A stretch of 47,034 nucleotides of DNA from Catajapyx aquilonaris (Eukaryota). A model generated the notes under the pieces. That model saw only the letters and a list, made by a program, of their open reading frames with translations, was not told the DNA's origin and searched no databases. Below, one piece after another: positions 10,501-22,500 of the stretch (position 1 is the first letter of the stretch; every line of letters begins with the position of its first letter). Both the position numbers and the translations under genes were made by a program. The DNA lies in the NCBI GenBank assembly GCA_000934665.2, contig JYFJ02003039.1:1-47034 (forward strand), written 5' to 3'.

Positions 10501-13500
10501 GCCTGTTAACAAGTCATCTACTGGACTAGCAAAACGCAAGTGTGGCCCACCAATCAGCATTAAGATTGACCCACCGCAGCATGCTGAGGGTCAATATCAA
10601 TGTTGGTTGGCGCACCATACATATTTTGCGATAGCAGCAGCTTCCTTTAAGTTGGCCTTCAAGCACTAACTTCCCTATAAAAATCTGAGTTGGGTCCTCA
10701 TTACGTAAATGCACAAGTTGGATTGCTGTGAGATTGGCATGAAACATTTATGTGGCTTTATCATCAGAAATGCAACACAGAAAGGTGTGACATTAACTTG
10801 AAAATGACTGAGCATGCCTTACGGCAGAAACATTACACCAGGCTGCTTCATCTTGAATAGCGTCCATGCTGCTGCCTGATATCTTATGAATGGATATGAG
10901 AGCCAAAGAATTGGTACGTTAATGTGATGTGTGGTATAACTTCTCTGGCTCACACAGTTGCAGTGTGCTTAAAGGACGTGTGATAGTTTAGTTTGTAAAA
11001 CCACAGGGTAACATTTTCCCAATACCACATGACAGTAATAAAATTGGAATTTCTAGTTTTAACCTTGAAAGAGAAGTGTCCAGATATATTTGGCATTTAA
11101 AATGTTATGAGATGATTTACTGACAGTATTAACAGATCATAAATTGTTTTTCTGTTTCAGAATGACTTTACCAGTGATGACTTCTCCCACATGACAGCCC
11201 CGCTTTTGTATCAGATGTTTAAGAGCAAAACATCTCATCCTCTTCATGCAGCCATTCGTCTACGAAGAGAAGATGTTGTTTTCCTCTTCCTGGTAGAACA
11301 CAGCAGTCAGGTAGGAATCCTCACTGGAAGATTTTTGCTGTGCACATGAAAGAACTTATCTGTACCAACAATTTATTTTGAAACGAGCAACTTTTTTTTT
11401 ACAACGGCACATTTCCAAGTTATTAACAAGTCCGACTAATATTATGTTAACAGTATAAATAACATGGGTTTGGCCTTGACGGGAAGCATTGTGATTGATT
11501 ACTTGGAATGGCAGATTTGGGAATTGGCAATTCCTGAATGTACAAATGACAGGGAGATATGGTAGAGTTCAGGTATGAAAGGACTTGGGTATCTCTTTCG
11601 GGCAGGGGAAGAGGTAACAGATTCATGTGGCTTGTTTCCTTCTTCGATATGTCACACAAAGGGATGGGCAATGGATTATTTTTGACTCTAGATTCTCATT
11701 TGATATGCACTACTAGCGTTGTTAATGGAGAACTTATGGAAAAGTGAAGCAGCCAGGCATGTGGAGGGAAACATTCTTAGAAACGTGGCTCATGAAAAGA
11801 CCTTGCCTGTGTGTTGATTTGGGAGTGGTTTAAAAATGTTTCCTCCTTGCAACATGCTTGGTTTGCGGTTGGCCATATGGAGCTGGCAGATACACAAAAA
11901 CAGATCCACAGTTTGGGTGAGAAGTAAAAATTAGGTGCAAGAGGAGGGTAGCAAATAAAGAAAAAGGAATAATTTTTCGTTATCACAGACAGAATCACGA
12001 ATTCATCCACATGCGCAATGTCTCAGTGCCACGAAAAACATGTTTTGGGCTACCTTAGCGCTCATTGTCTTCACAATGTTATGCTGTCTAGCAAGCTGAC
12101 TTGGTTCTCCATCAGCCATTATTGCTGAGGTATCGCCACAGAAATGGGAGGAGTGACATGAACCAGAACCGGAGCCCTGGCATCTGCTTGATACCTGGGG
12201 CCAAGTTGCACAGATTGCCTTTGCAAAAACAGAACTCTGTTACCGAGCTCTTAGACTCCTCCTGGCTCACCATGCAACCTTCATCATACACACTGTCGTC
12301 CACTTCTTTTACTTGCTTCCACTTCCCATCCTGGTAGCTCTGGTAGTTCTTGGTCTGCGGAGCACAGTCTCGCACCGTCACTGAGACCGAGTCTGTCGAT
12401 AAAGAACAGGATCACCAACCTTGCAGCTTTCATACATATGAGATTACTCACTTCCATTGCTGATATCTAGTTGAACAGTCCTCTTCATGCACAGGGTTGA
12501 AAAAGGGCAGTCCACTTCAAACGGCCAAGCCGGCTCAAAGTGGACGCACGATCGGGTGGTGTTGGGCACTTTCCCTGATGGCTTGAGGGCACAGCGGTAA
12601 CATCGGAGGGACCAGCCTGTTGAAACAATTACATTATTACTTTACTTGCACCAATTTGGCTTTCCGCACCTACGACCAGGCCACCTAGCATGACCGGCTC
12701 TCCACGCCTGACACCAAAATAACACGTATGAAACACCAATCCTGAAATGCATTTTCACACTAGTTTTCACTTCCTCTCGTTACATTTTTAAACCTTTTTA
12801 TGGAACGGAAACCCATACTTTTTTCCCCCCCCCTTTTCAAAGAGGAGGTGAGTGGCACTAGAGTTGCATGAGGTTGATGCTCGATGGGTAGCAATCAGTC
12901 CGTCCATCACGTGTTGCTGCCCACTCGTTTCTTCGCCTCACCTCTCATTCCTGCTCTCATTGTGCCAAGTCGTAAGGGATTGTTACCTAGTTTTTGACCC
13001 CAATTTTATACCGAATTCGACCCTCCCCTCAAAAAATTTCGGCGGGTCATGAACCTCCCTACCGAAATGCCTAGTGGCTGGTTAGTGTCTGTAGTTCCTC
13101 CACACTAATGGGCACACAAAAAATGGTGCAGATGAGTTTTTAGTGCTGAAGGATGAGGGGGGGTGGAAGAGGAAGCAGGTGGAGAGAGGTGACAGGGGTC
13201 AACCTTAAAGGATCAGTTACGCCGAATGCATATGTAGACAAAACGCATTTCGGCGAAACCTCTTTTTTTGTGTGTGTGAGAGAGAAGGAGTCTGGAGATG
13301 AAACCCAGCCCAGCCTGCAACGGATTTATTTCAGGACCGGTTTTTCCGGTGCGACTAGCAGCCCAATGGAAAAGGATTTGGGACCTCGGATCGAAACTCG
13401 TTAGCGGCTAGCCCAGAGATACGCTAAATATTATTTCAACCGGGATTTGAGTAATAATGACGTCATTAAATTTATTTCGGGAATTGACTTGACATTCCTC

Positions 13501-16500
13501 CCTAAACGTGATGAATGAGGCACTTTTTTCGGTGAAAAAAGGGACCTCCTGGAGGATATTTCTTTGGCTGTTAACGACTAGGATGAATCTCCGTATTTAC
13601 TTAAAGGGGAGAAAGGAAGTGGGAGGGCACGTCGAGACGATTATAAGGACAGTGTGGTATTTCCCTTGACGTCACTTTTGTTTTCGGCACCGTTTGGTAC
13701 GACTGACAGGTGGATGTTTTCAAGACACTTCGTGGAACTTCTGCTTATTGGACGTCTCATACCGGCTCGAGGCTATGTTGAATCATTTACACAGTAACGT
13801 TATGTCATACTGTAGGAATGATACTGCCTGGTACATTCAAGAAGCGTGTGCCATGCAAATATAGGCAGACGTGTTTTTTTTTGTTTGGTCATAACAGGAG
13901 GGCCCGCCATTTGAAATTCTGGTCGGATATTCCGTCAGTGGTAATTACTAAACGTGCGTGGTAATTAGCTGCAACCGGAAATGACATGATGGGCCTGACC
14001 GTGTAATTAGATATTGATCGCGTGAATATTCGAGGGTCCGAATCTGGCAATCACTTCACGTCTAGGTTGTTAAAATAAGGCCTACTGGTTCCGGTCAAGA
14101 CAATGCGTGGTGAATGCGTAAACAAGCACTTTTTTTGGTACTTCGATGAGGTCAGAGAGCACTTCTTCCCGAACGATTCCATGCCAACAGTATTGATTTG
14201 AGCTCCGGAATATGTTAATTGCATAAAACAGCTGGGGACGCGGAGATTTTGACAGATGTTGCGCCGAAGGTGGTCAGAATCACGGTTTTTCATTTAAGGC
14301 GATGACGATATGCATGGTGTTATCTCAACACCGCCATATCCTCATCTGGTTGAAAGTTATGCACCACAATAAAACTGTTATACTTTCCACAGAAGGGCGT
14401 GTCACTTAGTTGTCATACCGTGCAACAATGCGCAGGCACTTGATTACACGCATGGTGAAAGTTGGAAAATATTCAAGTACACACAGCGGAACAACCGGAA
14501 GAATTAGGATAATCCTCAAAATTTTCCCATAATTTCACCCTCTGACCTGAGAACTTCTGTGTAAATATTGAGTGTCCCCAGGAGGAACATAATACTTTCG
14601 TGTAAATCTGAAATACCCCTAGAGAGGGCCCTCACCTCCCATCGAGCCAACCCCAAGTACATTTGCCTCGCAGAATTACGTTACTGTAACTACATGCTGA
14701 AAATTGGGTAGCAGCATCAATTACAAAGAACATCTTGTGCAACGTCAGCGAACCGTAACAAACGAGTAGATGGGCAGAAGCGAAACCGATTCGCTTGCTT
14801 CCGAAAACTGCAGCTTCAATTGCCACTTTTTGGGGGGGAACAAAGTTGCAATATTCAAGTGTCAGCAACCGTGCACATTTAATTACCCGGACATCGAATA
14901 ATGGAACAGCCGGTGCGCTTTTCGATTCCATTCGTGGTCATACATCCATTGTGCAGAAATCGTAGCGGAATTGTGGGCACACATTTCACCCCTTTCCATA
15001 ACGGTAACCGAAACTTTTTTGCCCTTCCTCTGTGTGTGCTACTTTTTTTTTAAAGGTGTACTTGCGTACTATTACACGTCTGAATGCGGAGACGTAACCA
15101 GGGCAGTTCCTTACTGATGACCTTCACGCCCCAGGGCATTTCCGTACCGATTGTTTTTCTGGTATGACCTATGTCGCGTTGTTTTCTCTCTCACACACAT
15201 TGCGTGCAGGATGACTATACAAATCGCTCTCATGTACATTAGGAACTGAGTCCCATGCAATATGTGACGTCGTTTTAACCCACGTTTATTTCGAACCCGA
15301 GTGACGAATGACTATTTGATGAACCCTGCTAGATTTAGGGAAGGTCTGGAGAAGGTCGAGCTCTCAGGCAAGTCCCAACACGCCCTGGAAAGTCAGCCAA
15401 GCTCATGTTTCAACGTGGATGTGTGTACTTGGCCTCGGGAAAATTGATGTCGGGCGATCCGGAACTAACGTACCCGAATGAATATTTGAAAGCGGGTCGA
15501 TTGAGTGAGATAAGCTGGCGAAGAGCAGATGCTGCAAGAATAATGAGTCGTCACTTTTTAAAGCCCTATTTTTCACTCTGCTCGATATTGTTACGCCCAT
15601 GCCTTGTTGAGGTAATGTGTTCGCAAATCAGGGTCGAAAATCCAGGTCCCTTGGCCCCTTCCCCGCCACTGTCCTCTGCCGATATTGACTTTTCCCATGG
15701 CGACCTTCACGTCTTTGCCCTCCCTCCTCTCTACGAATATTCCGGGGAGGACAACTGGTCCCCAAGGCTCATTGTCCCTTTACTTGTGCAGGACTTCCGA
15801 CACACCCGGATTAACCCCATGAGAGCCCTATTTTCCGGCTCCGCGAGTTATTCGGCAGGTCAGCGTCAACTATATTTTTGTAGTGCCCCATATCCCTCAG
15901 GATGCTTCTTCCTGCTCAGATAGTGATAATGAGGACGGGAAGTGATGCGAGGCTATTGCATAGATAACCCGAAACCCCGGAAATTTTTGCCGCTCATTTT
16001 GATGGGACATCCTCCGGCAAGTTTGCTATGATCAAATAATGTGGAGGCCCTTTGAGCCTTACTGAGAGCTGAATTTCCAGCTAATACTGATAAAGTCCCT
16101 CGGAGGAGGAGCGGCAGATTAGAATCTCGGTTCCGTCTGCTGGGCTTCTCATCCCATGTGAGGAGGATTGCGTGTTATCTCTGCGTTTAAAAAAAATGAG
16201 ACGGGGGATGAGGGTATTGCACCGGGTATTGCGTCATTGCCCAGCAGTTTCACATGAACCTGATCAGATCGATTGGGAAGTGGGTGTATAGCCAGTACCT
16301 GCGTGCACTGAGAAGGCCATGAAGACGAGGGCCCAAAGTCGGCAGGACCAGTGGCTCCTCCGCTTCCACTTCCAGCTGACCATCAGGAGACACCGTTTTT
16401 GGGGATGTCCAGGACCGATTTGGCACTAGTCAGTGCAGGATTGGTCCCATGCTGGTGTGTACGAGGAGGATGACGTGTGCACACACGCGCGTACTGTCTG

Positions 16501-19500
16501 CCTGCTTGTCTCGTACTGGTGGGATCCTGGAGACGGGAGTGCTTCTTATGGGGGTGGGCGCTGGAACCGGAGGCTGCGCCTGGGGAACACCCTGCGCCAT
16601 CTAAAGGACTGGGAGGGAACAGATTAAGCTGGCGCAGGTTTCGAACTGGGGGGGGGGGGGGGGGGGTTATTTTATTTGTCATAAACAGTTATATTGGCAC
16701 TCTGCCACAGATATTGGGGAGGTGCTTTTTAAAAACTGGTAAGAAAAACAAATCTGGCGGTGTGCCTATCATGTGCGAAGGGTATGAATGCAAATTGATA
16801 GTATCTAGTTTCTTGTGACAGCACAGCTGTCAGGGAACATAGTGGGAAGGGATTTTTGAAATGCTTGGCATATAGCGGGTCTTTGATACCTGACATAAGT
16901 CGTAGGATTTGTAGATTGTGTTGATGCTATGATTGCATGGACCACTTATTCGGACTTCACTGTAAATGAAACTGGCTACATACACAACTCATATGCAAAA
17001 ATGTTCGCAGTTACAAACAATGGCAGCCTGCATTTTTAGGATTACAAAATGTTCATTTTTTACAGATTCCCAGCAAGCTGAATGAGCTGGATCCAAAGGG
17101 TGATCTTCCTCTAGAGTTGTCCCTCAGGACACGCCAATTGAGCATCTCCCAGACTTTGGTGGACCATAGAGCAGATGTTGATGCCAAAGACCTTTCAGGA
17201 GATATGCTTTTGCACAGGGTTATTCGCAAGGGAGACGAATTTGCCTCCATGTTCCTCTTAGACCATGGTGCCTCTGCATCAAGTAAGACTGCAGAGACTG
17301 AGGAGACATGTCTTCATCTTGTGGCCAAGTTGGATTCTAGCTCAGGACACCCTGACAAACTAGCAAGGAAATTGCTGGAGAAGGGGGCCAGTCCAAATGC
17401 ACAAGATGTTGAGGGCTACACACCTTTGCATTGTGCTGTGAAGCAAAAGAGTGACACAGGTGTCATTCAAGTTTTGCTTGAAAACAAGAGTCTCAGTCCA
17501 GATCTCAAGACTAAGCAGGGTTTTACTTCACTATGGTATGCTCTAGAGTCAGCCAGTTATTTTGATGAAAATAGTCTTCCAAACAAACTCATTAAGGCTG
17601 GATCGTCTGTAAATGCAGTAAGTACATTTTAGGCAGTATATGAGAGACATTTTCTGACATTATGGATTTTAGATTTGTGCACAAGCTTGCAATAACTATG
17701 CAATGACTAAATCTGTGGAATCAGACAGTCAGCACACAAAGGACAAGTTGTTCTGGCAGGGTGACTATTAAGTCAAATTTTGTGCCCAGTCAGTTCTCCC
17801 CTCAGCAACTTGTCGTAAAGTATTCCTTGCATGCTGACTACCCTAGCTCTGGTATGAGTATCAGTGGTCACAAACTGTCCTTTGTATGCAGCCAGCCCAT
17901 ATGTTTGCAATTAAGCCCCTGGCTTATCATGGCATTAAACACTTTATTATTTTAACCAATGCATATATGAGTTTTTATATTGTTAGGTGTGCCCATCAAC
18001 TGGAGATTCACTGCTTCACCTCAGTGCAAGAGCTAAGCTTGAAAAAGCTGCCATTTTTCTCTGCAGTCATGGGGCCAACCCTAATCACGTTAATGCCAAG
18101 GTGAATACTGCATGCATGTTTATAGAGTTGGGAATCTGACTGCATATTGTTGCAGGGAGAAACTCCACTTCATGTTGCATGTGAGAAAGGGCTCTCCCAG
18201 CTTGCGTCCATTCTCCTGTCCAAAGGAGCTGATCCAAATATGCAGACCCTTCCTCCAAGAGCAGCAGAACTTTTAGAGAGAACAAAGGCAGCAGTTCATG
18301 GAGAGACACCTCTACATGTAGCTATTAGAAATAGTCATCATTCAACCATACTTTCTGTGCTCCATTTTGCAGGTATATAACATTCACCTAGTGTCAATAA
18401 TTAATTGAAGACTGTTGCATAAACAAGGTACACCTAGAATACAGTGCAGAAAACGAAACGGAAATCTTACGTCATCAAGGTTTCCATGGAAATACCATCA
18501 CAGTACAATATAAGTAAACAGTGGAAACAAAAAGCAACAATGTAAGAAACGATGATGTCAGATCGTCGTCTGGTTTTCCACACATTATGTGGTTGATCCC
18601 ACGTTATTCATAGAGGATGAATGACATGTTCAGGGTTTACCATCATTTAAGCAACCCAACCTTAGCGAGCCATTATTAGTAGTTGTGCGATCATCAGTGT
18701 TGAGCAAGTGTATCTCCTTATCCATGAATTTGTGACCATGTGAATAATTGCATTATAATTTTTGGGGGATTACAGAATCATTAAAAGAAGGCATCAAATT
18801 GAATCTGAATCTGAAGGACTCCTTAGAGTTGAGTCCACTTGGTCTTAGTTTGCAGCAAGGGATGCAAGACATTGCTTCTGACCTAATCAAGGCTGGAACA
18901 GATGTTGGTGCTATCAATTCACAAGGGTTCAACCTGCTGCATGAAGCCATAGTACAAAATAACGAAGGTGGGGCCCTGTTCTTGCTTGACAATGGTGCAG
19001 ATATTAATTCCAGGTGGGTGTGAAAGCATGTTAAATTTTACACTACAATATTATCATGGCTCACAATGACTTCTTGTAGGACATTGGATGGAAGGAGCTG
19101 CTTGGAGCTGGCCATTGCTCATAAATTAGACTCTGTGGTGGAAGCCCTATGTCGGAAAGGGGTTAATACTTCCGCCCCAACATACGATGGTGCTTCTTGC
19201 CCTGTGTGGATGGCCCTTGAGTCAGGATGCGAAGATATTGCCTCCATCTTGATACGATCAGGTGCAGACCCTGACTTCTGGAATGAAGGGCCAGATGGAT
19301 GTTACCAAACTCTTCTCCACCGAGCTCTTGATGATAATAGTGAATCAATTGCTTGCTTTCTTATACAGAGGTAAGCTATGTCTGGTGGCATAAATGGTTG
19401 TCACTAATCAGTTCATGAGAATGGCTCATGCAGTTGACTTCACACACTTAGCAACTAGTTGTAATATAATAATATTGCATGACAGTGGTTGCGACCTGAA

Positions 19501-22500
19501 CTCCCCCCGTCGCCTTGGTCCAGATGGGAGGGGAGGCGATGAAGCCAGAGACCAGGCCACCCCAATACATCTTTGCTGCCAGTGGGGCCTTGCAACTGTT
19601 GCTGAGGTGCTGCTAGAACATGGTGCACTTGTCAATGCCAAGGTTGTAATTTATAAAGCCTGTGAATTTACTCATATTGAACATAAAATTGTATTATGTG
19701 GAGAAAGTGAACGAGGGACTATGACTGTGATTAGAGGGATTTTCACTTTCCAATAGTAGTTAATGAAATAATTGTCACCTTTGCTTGTATTCGGGTGTGT
19801 CTTGATGTTTTGATGAACATATCTATATATACCGATATTTACAGGATGTGGAGGGTAAGACGCCACTGCACATAGCCATCCAGAATCAGCACGATGGTCT
19901 CATCTCTCTCCTGCTGCTGCATCCAAATGTGGACTTGACTATTAAGGACAGGAGTGGACTCACACAATTTGCTACTGCCATGACGTACAAGAATAACAGG
20001 GCTGCAAAGGCCATTCTTCATAAGCACCCCACCAGTGCAGAGCAGGTTTGTCCCATTAACATTGGCATGTCCTCACATACCTTGCAAGCTCTTTTAACTT
20101 GATGAGACTTTATTTTGCCATTGATTGTGTATAGTTTAATCCTCTGTTTAATCATTATGAGGTGCTAAATGCTAAAAGCAAGTTCCAAACTGCAGGAACC
20201 TTGCTAGATTAGAGTGGGTAGGCGAGTTGTCTGGCTACAAAATACAATTATGTATGCTTTCCAGTTTGACAATAAGGGCAGAAACTTTCTTCATGTGGCC
20301 ATTGAGAAGGGTGACATGGAAAGTGTCCTGTTCCTCCTGTCAGTGAACATGTCAGTCCAGTCTCGAACCCAGGATCAGAACCAGTTCACTCCCCTGCACT
20401 TGGCTGTTCTACGTTCATCGGAAACGTCTGAGATGCTTGTGCGCAACCTTCTCCTTGCTGGAGCCAATATAGATGATCGAACACCTCAGACCAAACAGAC
20501 TGCACTACATATCGCTGCTCAAAATGGTTCTGCATCAGTAGCATCTGTATTACTTGATAATGGTGCTGACTGTGATGCAGTGGATGCCAACATGAATAAT
20601 GCCTTACACCTTTCCGTGAGAGAGGGACACTTGGCTGTCACAAAGACCCTCCTCACTGAGTCACAGATCAATGCAGAGGCTGTTAACCTCAAGGGACATA
20701 ATCCACTACATGTGCTGGCCAACTATGGGAAGGACAATTCAAGTTCCATCTTTGAGCTATTCATTGAGTCTATGCCTGAGTACCCCATCAACAAGCCAGA
20801 TCTGGATGGAAATACAGGTTGTTTTTTTGTTCCAGTTTCTTTCTTGTTTTCTTTTATTGACTTAAAGGCTCTGATGTGTTGTACAAGTATACAATCATTA
20901 GTACAAGGGTGATGCATGACTGACATGTCAAGCCATGTTTTTATGGGTTCGTGGAAAGTTCCTCTATTGTCATGTACCATTTTTGCTGTACTCAAAACAG
21001 AATAATATGCAAATACCTATGTGATTGCATCCTTGTTTTGTACATTAAGCATTCAGTAGTGATGCTCTTCACAAAGTATGCATTTCTAACTGAGCACCTA
21101 TTGTCTTGAACAATAGTGCTCATGAATGTAAGACCATTATTATGATTACACAAATAATTTTTAGCTTGAAGCATGTATGTGTGTGCATATCCAAAGGCCT
21201 CATTGCTAAGCAGTGCACATGCTGCAGAGAGCAAAGTGATTTTTTTAAAACAGAAGTTTAAAGATTATCTCTAGGTATGAAGAAACTAGTTATGCAAAAA
21301 ACATGTTTTGAAAGCGTGAATATAACCCTCATCATGGCTACTTTAATCCGTGACATTTTAACAAGTCTAAGAGCAAAATGTTCAATAATAACTGAGAAGG
21401 TAATCCTAATTTACAAGAACTACCACCCTGAGCTGTCTTCCTTTCTACAGCTTCACATTATTGAGCCACATTCTCTAGCTTCAGCTCATATTATAATAAA
21501 TCTTGGTTTGTATTCAACAGTTTCATACCAACCACCAAATGTAATTTCAGCTCTCCTCCTGGCATATATGAAGGGGAATGGTCACCTCTGCCGTGCCCTG
21601 GTTAAGGCAGGTTCATGTATGGGTACTATGAACAAACAGGGTGTCACTATATTCAACTACCAGGTGCCAACCAAACAACTTCTCTACAGGTAAAATCCTT
21701 ACTATGCATTGGTTTCCAATCTCTTACTGTCACGTTGGTATTTAGGCTTCTGGACTACCTAGCCCAAGAGCCACCGTGGGCTGAGGGTGATCTGTGCTTG
21801 GAGTGTGGGAACAAATTTGGCATCACTGTCAGGAAGCATCACTGGTGAGTGCCTTGATCATTATGGTAAAGTAAAACCATTCCATTGTGATAGGGTTGAG
21901 ATTGTTCTGATATACTGCAAGGGATTTAAAAAGGATAGGCGACTCCAAAAGGAATATTCAGAGTAATATATTGAATTTGGAAGTTGACTCATAGGATCTC
22001 TCTCAGTAGGATCAGATTTTTGGGCAATGCCGGGAGTTATATATTTTTTTATTATTTTTATTATTTTTATTAACACCCTTGAGGCCTTCTGGCCTATGTA
22101 GGGGGGAGAATTTTCCACCATTTTCTGACTCTCCAGTGCTGGGATAGAGGGGGGGACAGTGGTGCAAGTGCAATGTCTCATGGTGGAGGACGTGTGCAGT
22201 CCCTCAGAGGGCTAGGTTGACAAGACGACCCTCTAGATGCGGGTCAGAGACTTCCCACAAACGCCGCACCTCCTCCAGTATGGGGCAGGGATAGGAAAGG
22301 CAGGAAGCGGCTGTGGCCTACTAATTTAGGAAACAACTCCGGTATTCACCTGGGTTGACCGTGGGAAACCACAGAAAACCACGGTCAGAGTTGTCGGCCT
22401 GGGGATTCGATCCCTGGACCTCCCGATTCGCAGCCGGATACCAAATCCCCTCAGCTACTGCTGCTTCGGTGCCGGGAGTTATATTTTAATGTAACATCCA

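Noticed and set aside
13219..13258. Hairpin CGCCGAATGC...GCATTTCGGCG as ribozyme or terminator
   Set aside because: No hammerhead core (CUGANGA/GAAA) or other motif; most likely a small repeat remnant.
15405..16818. ORFs of 99-172 aa in the CpG-rich part of ANKFY1 intron 6
   Set aside because: No domain similarity or consistent splice-supported frame that I can identify.
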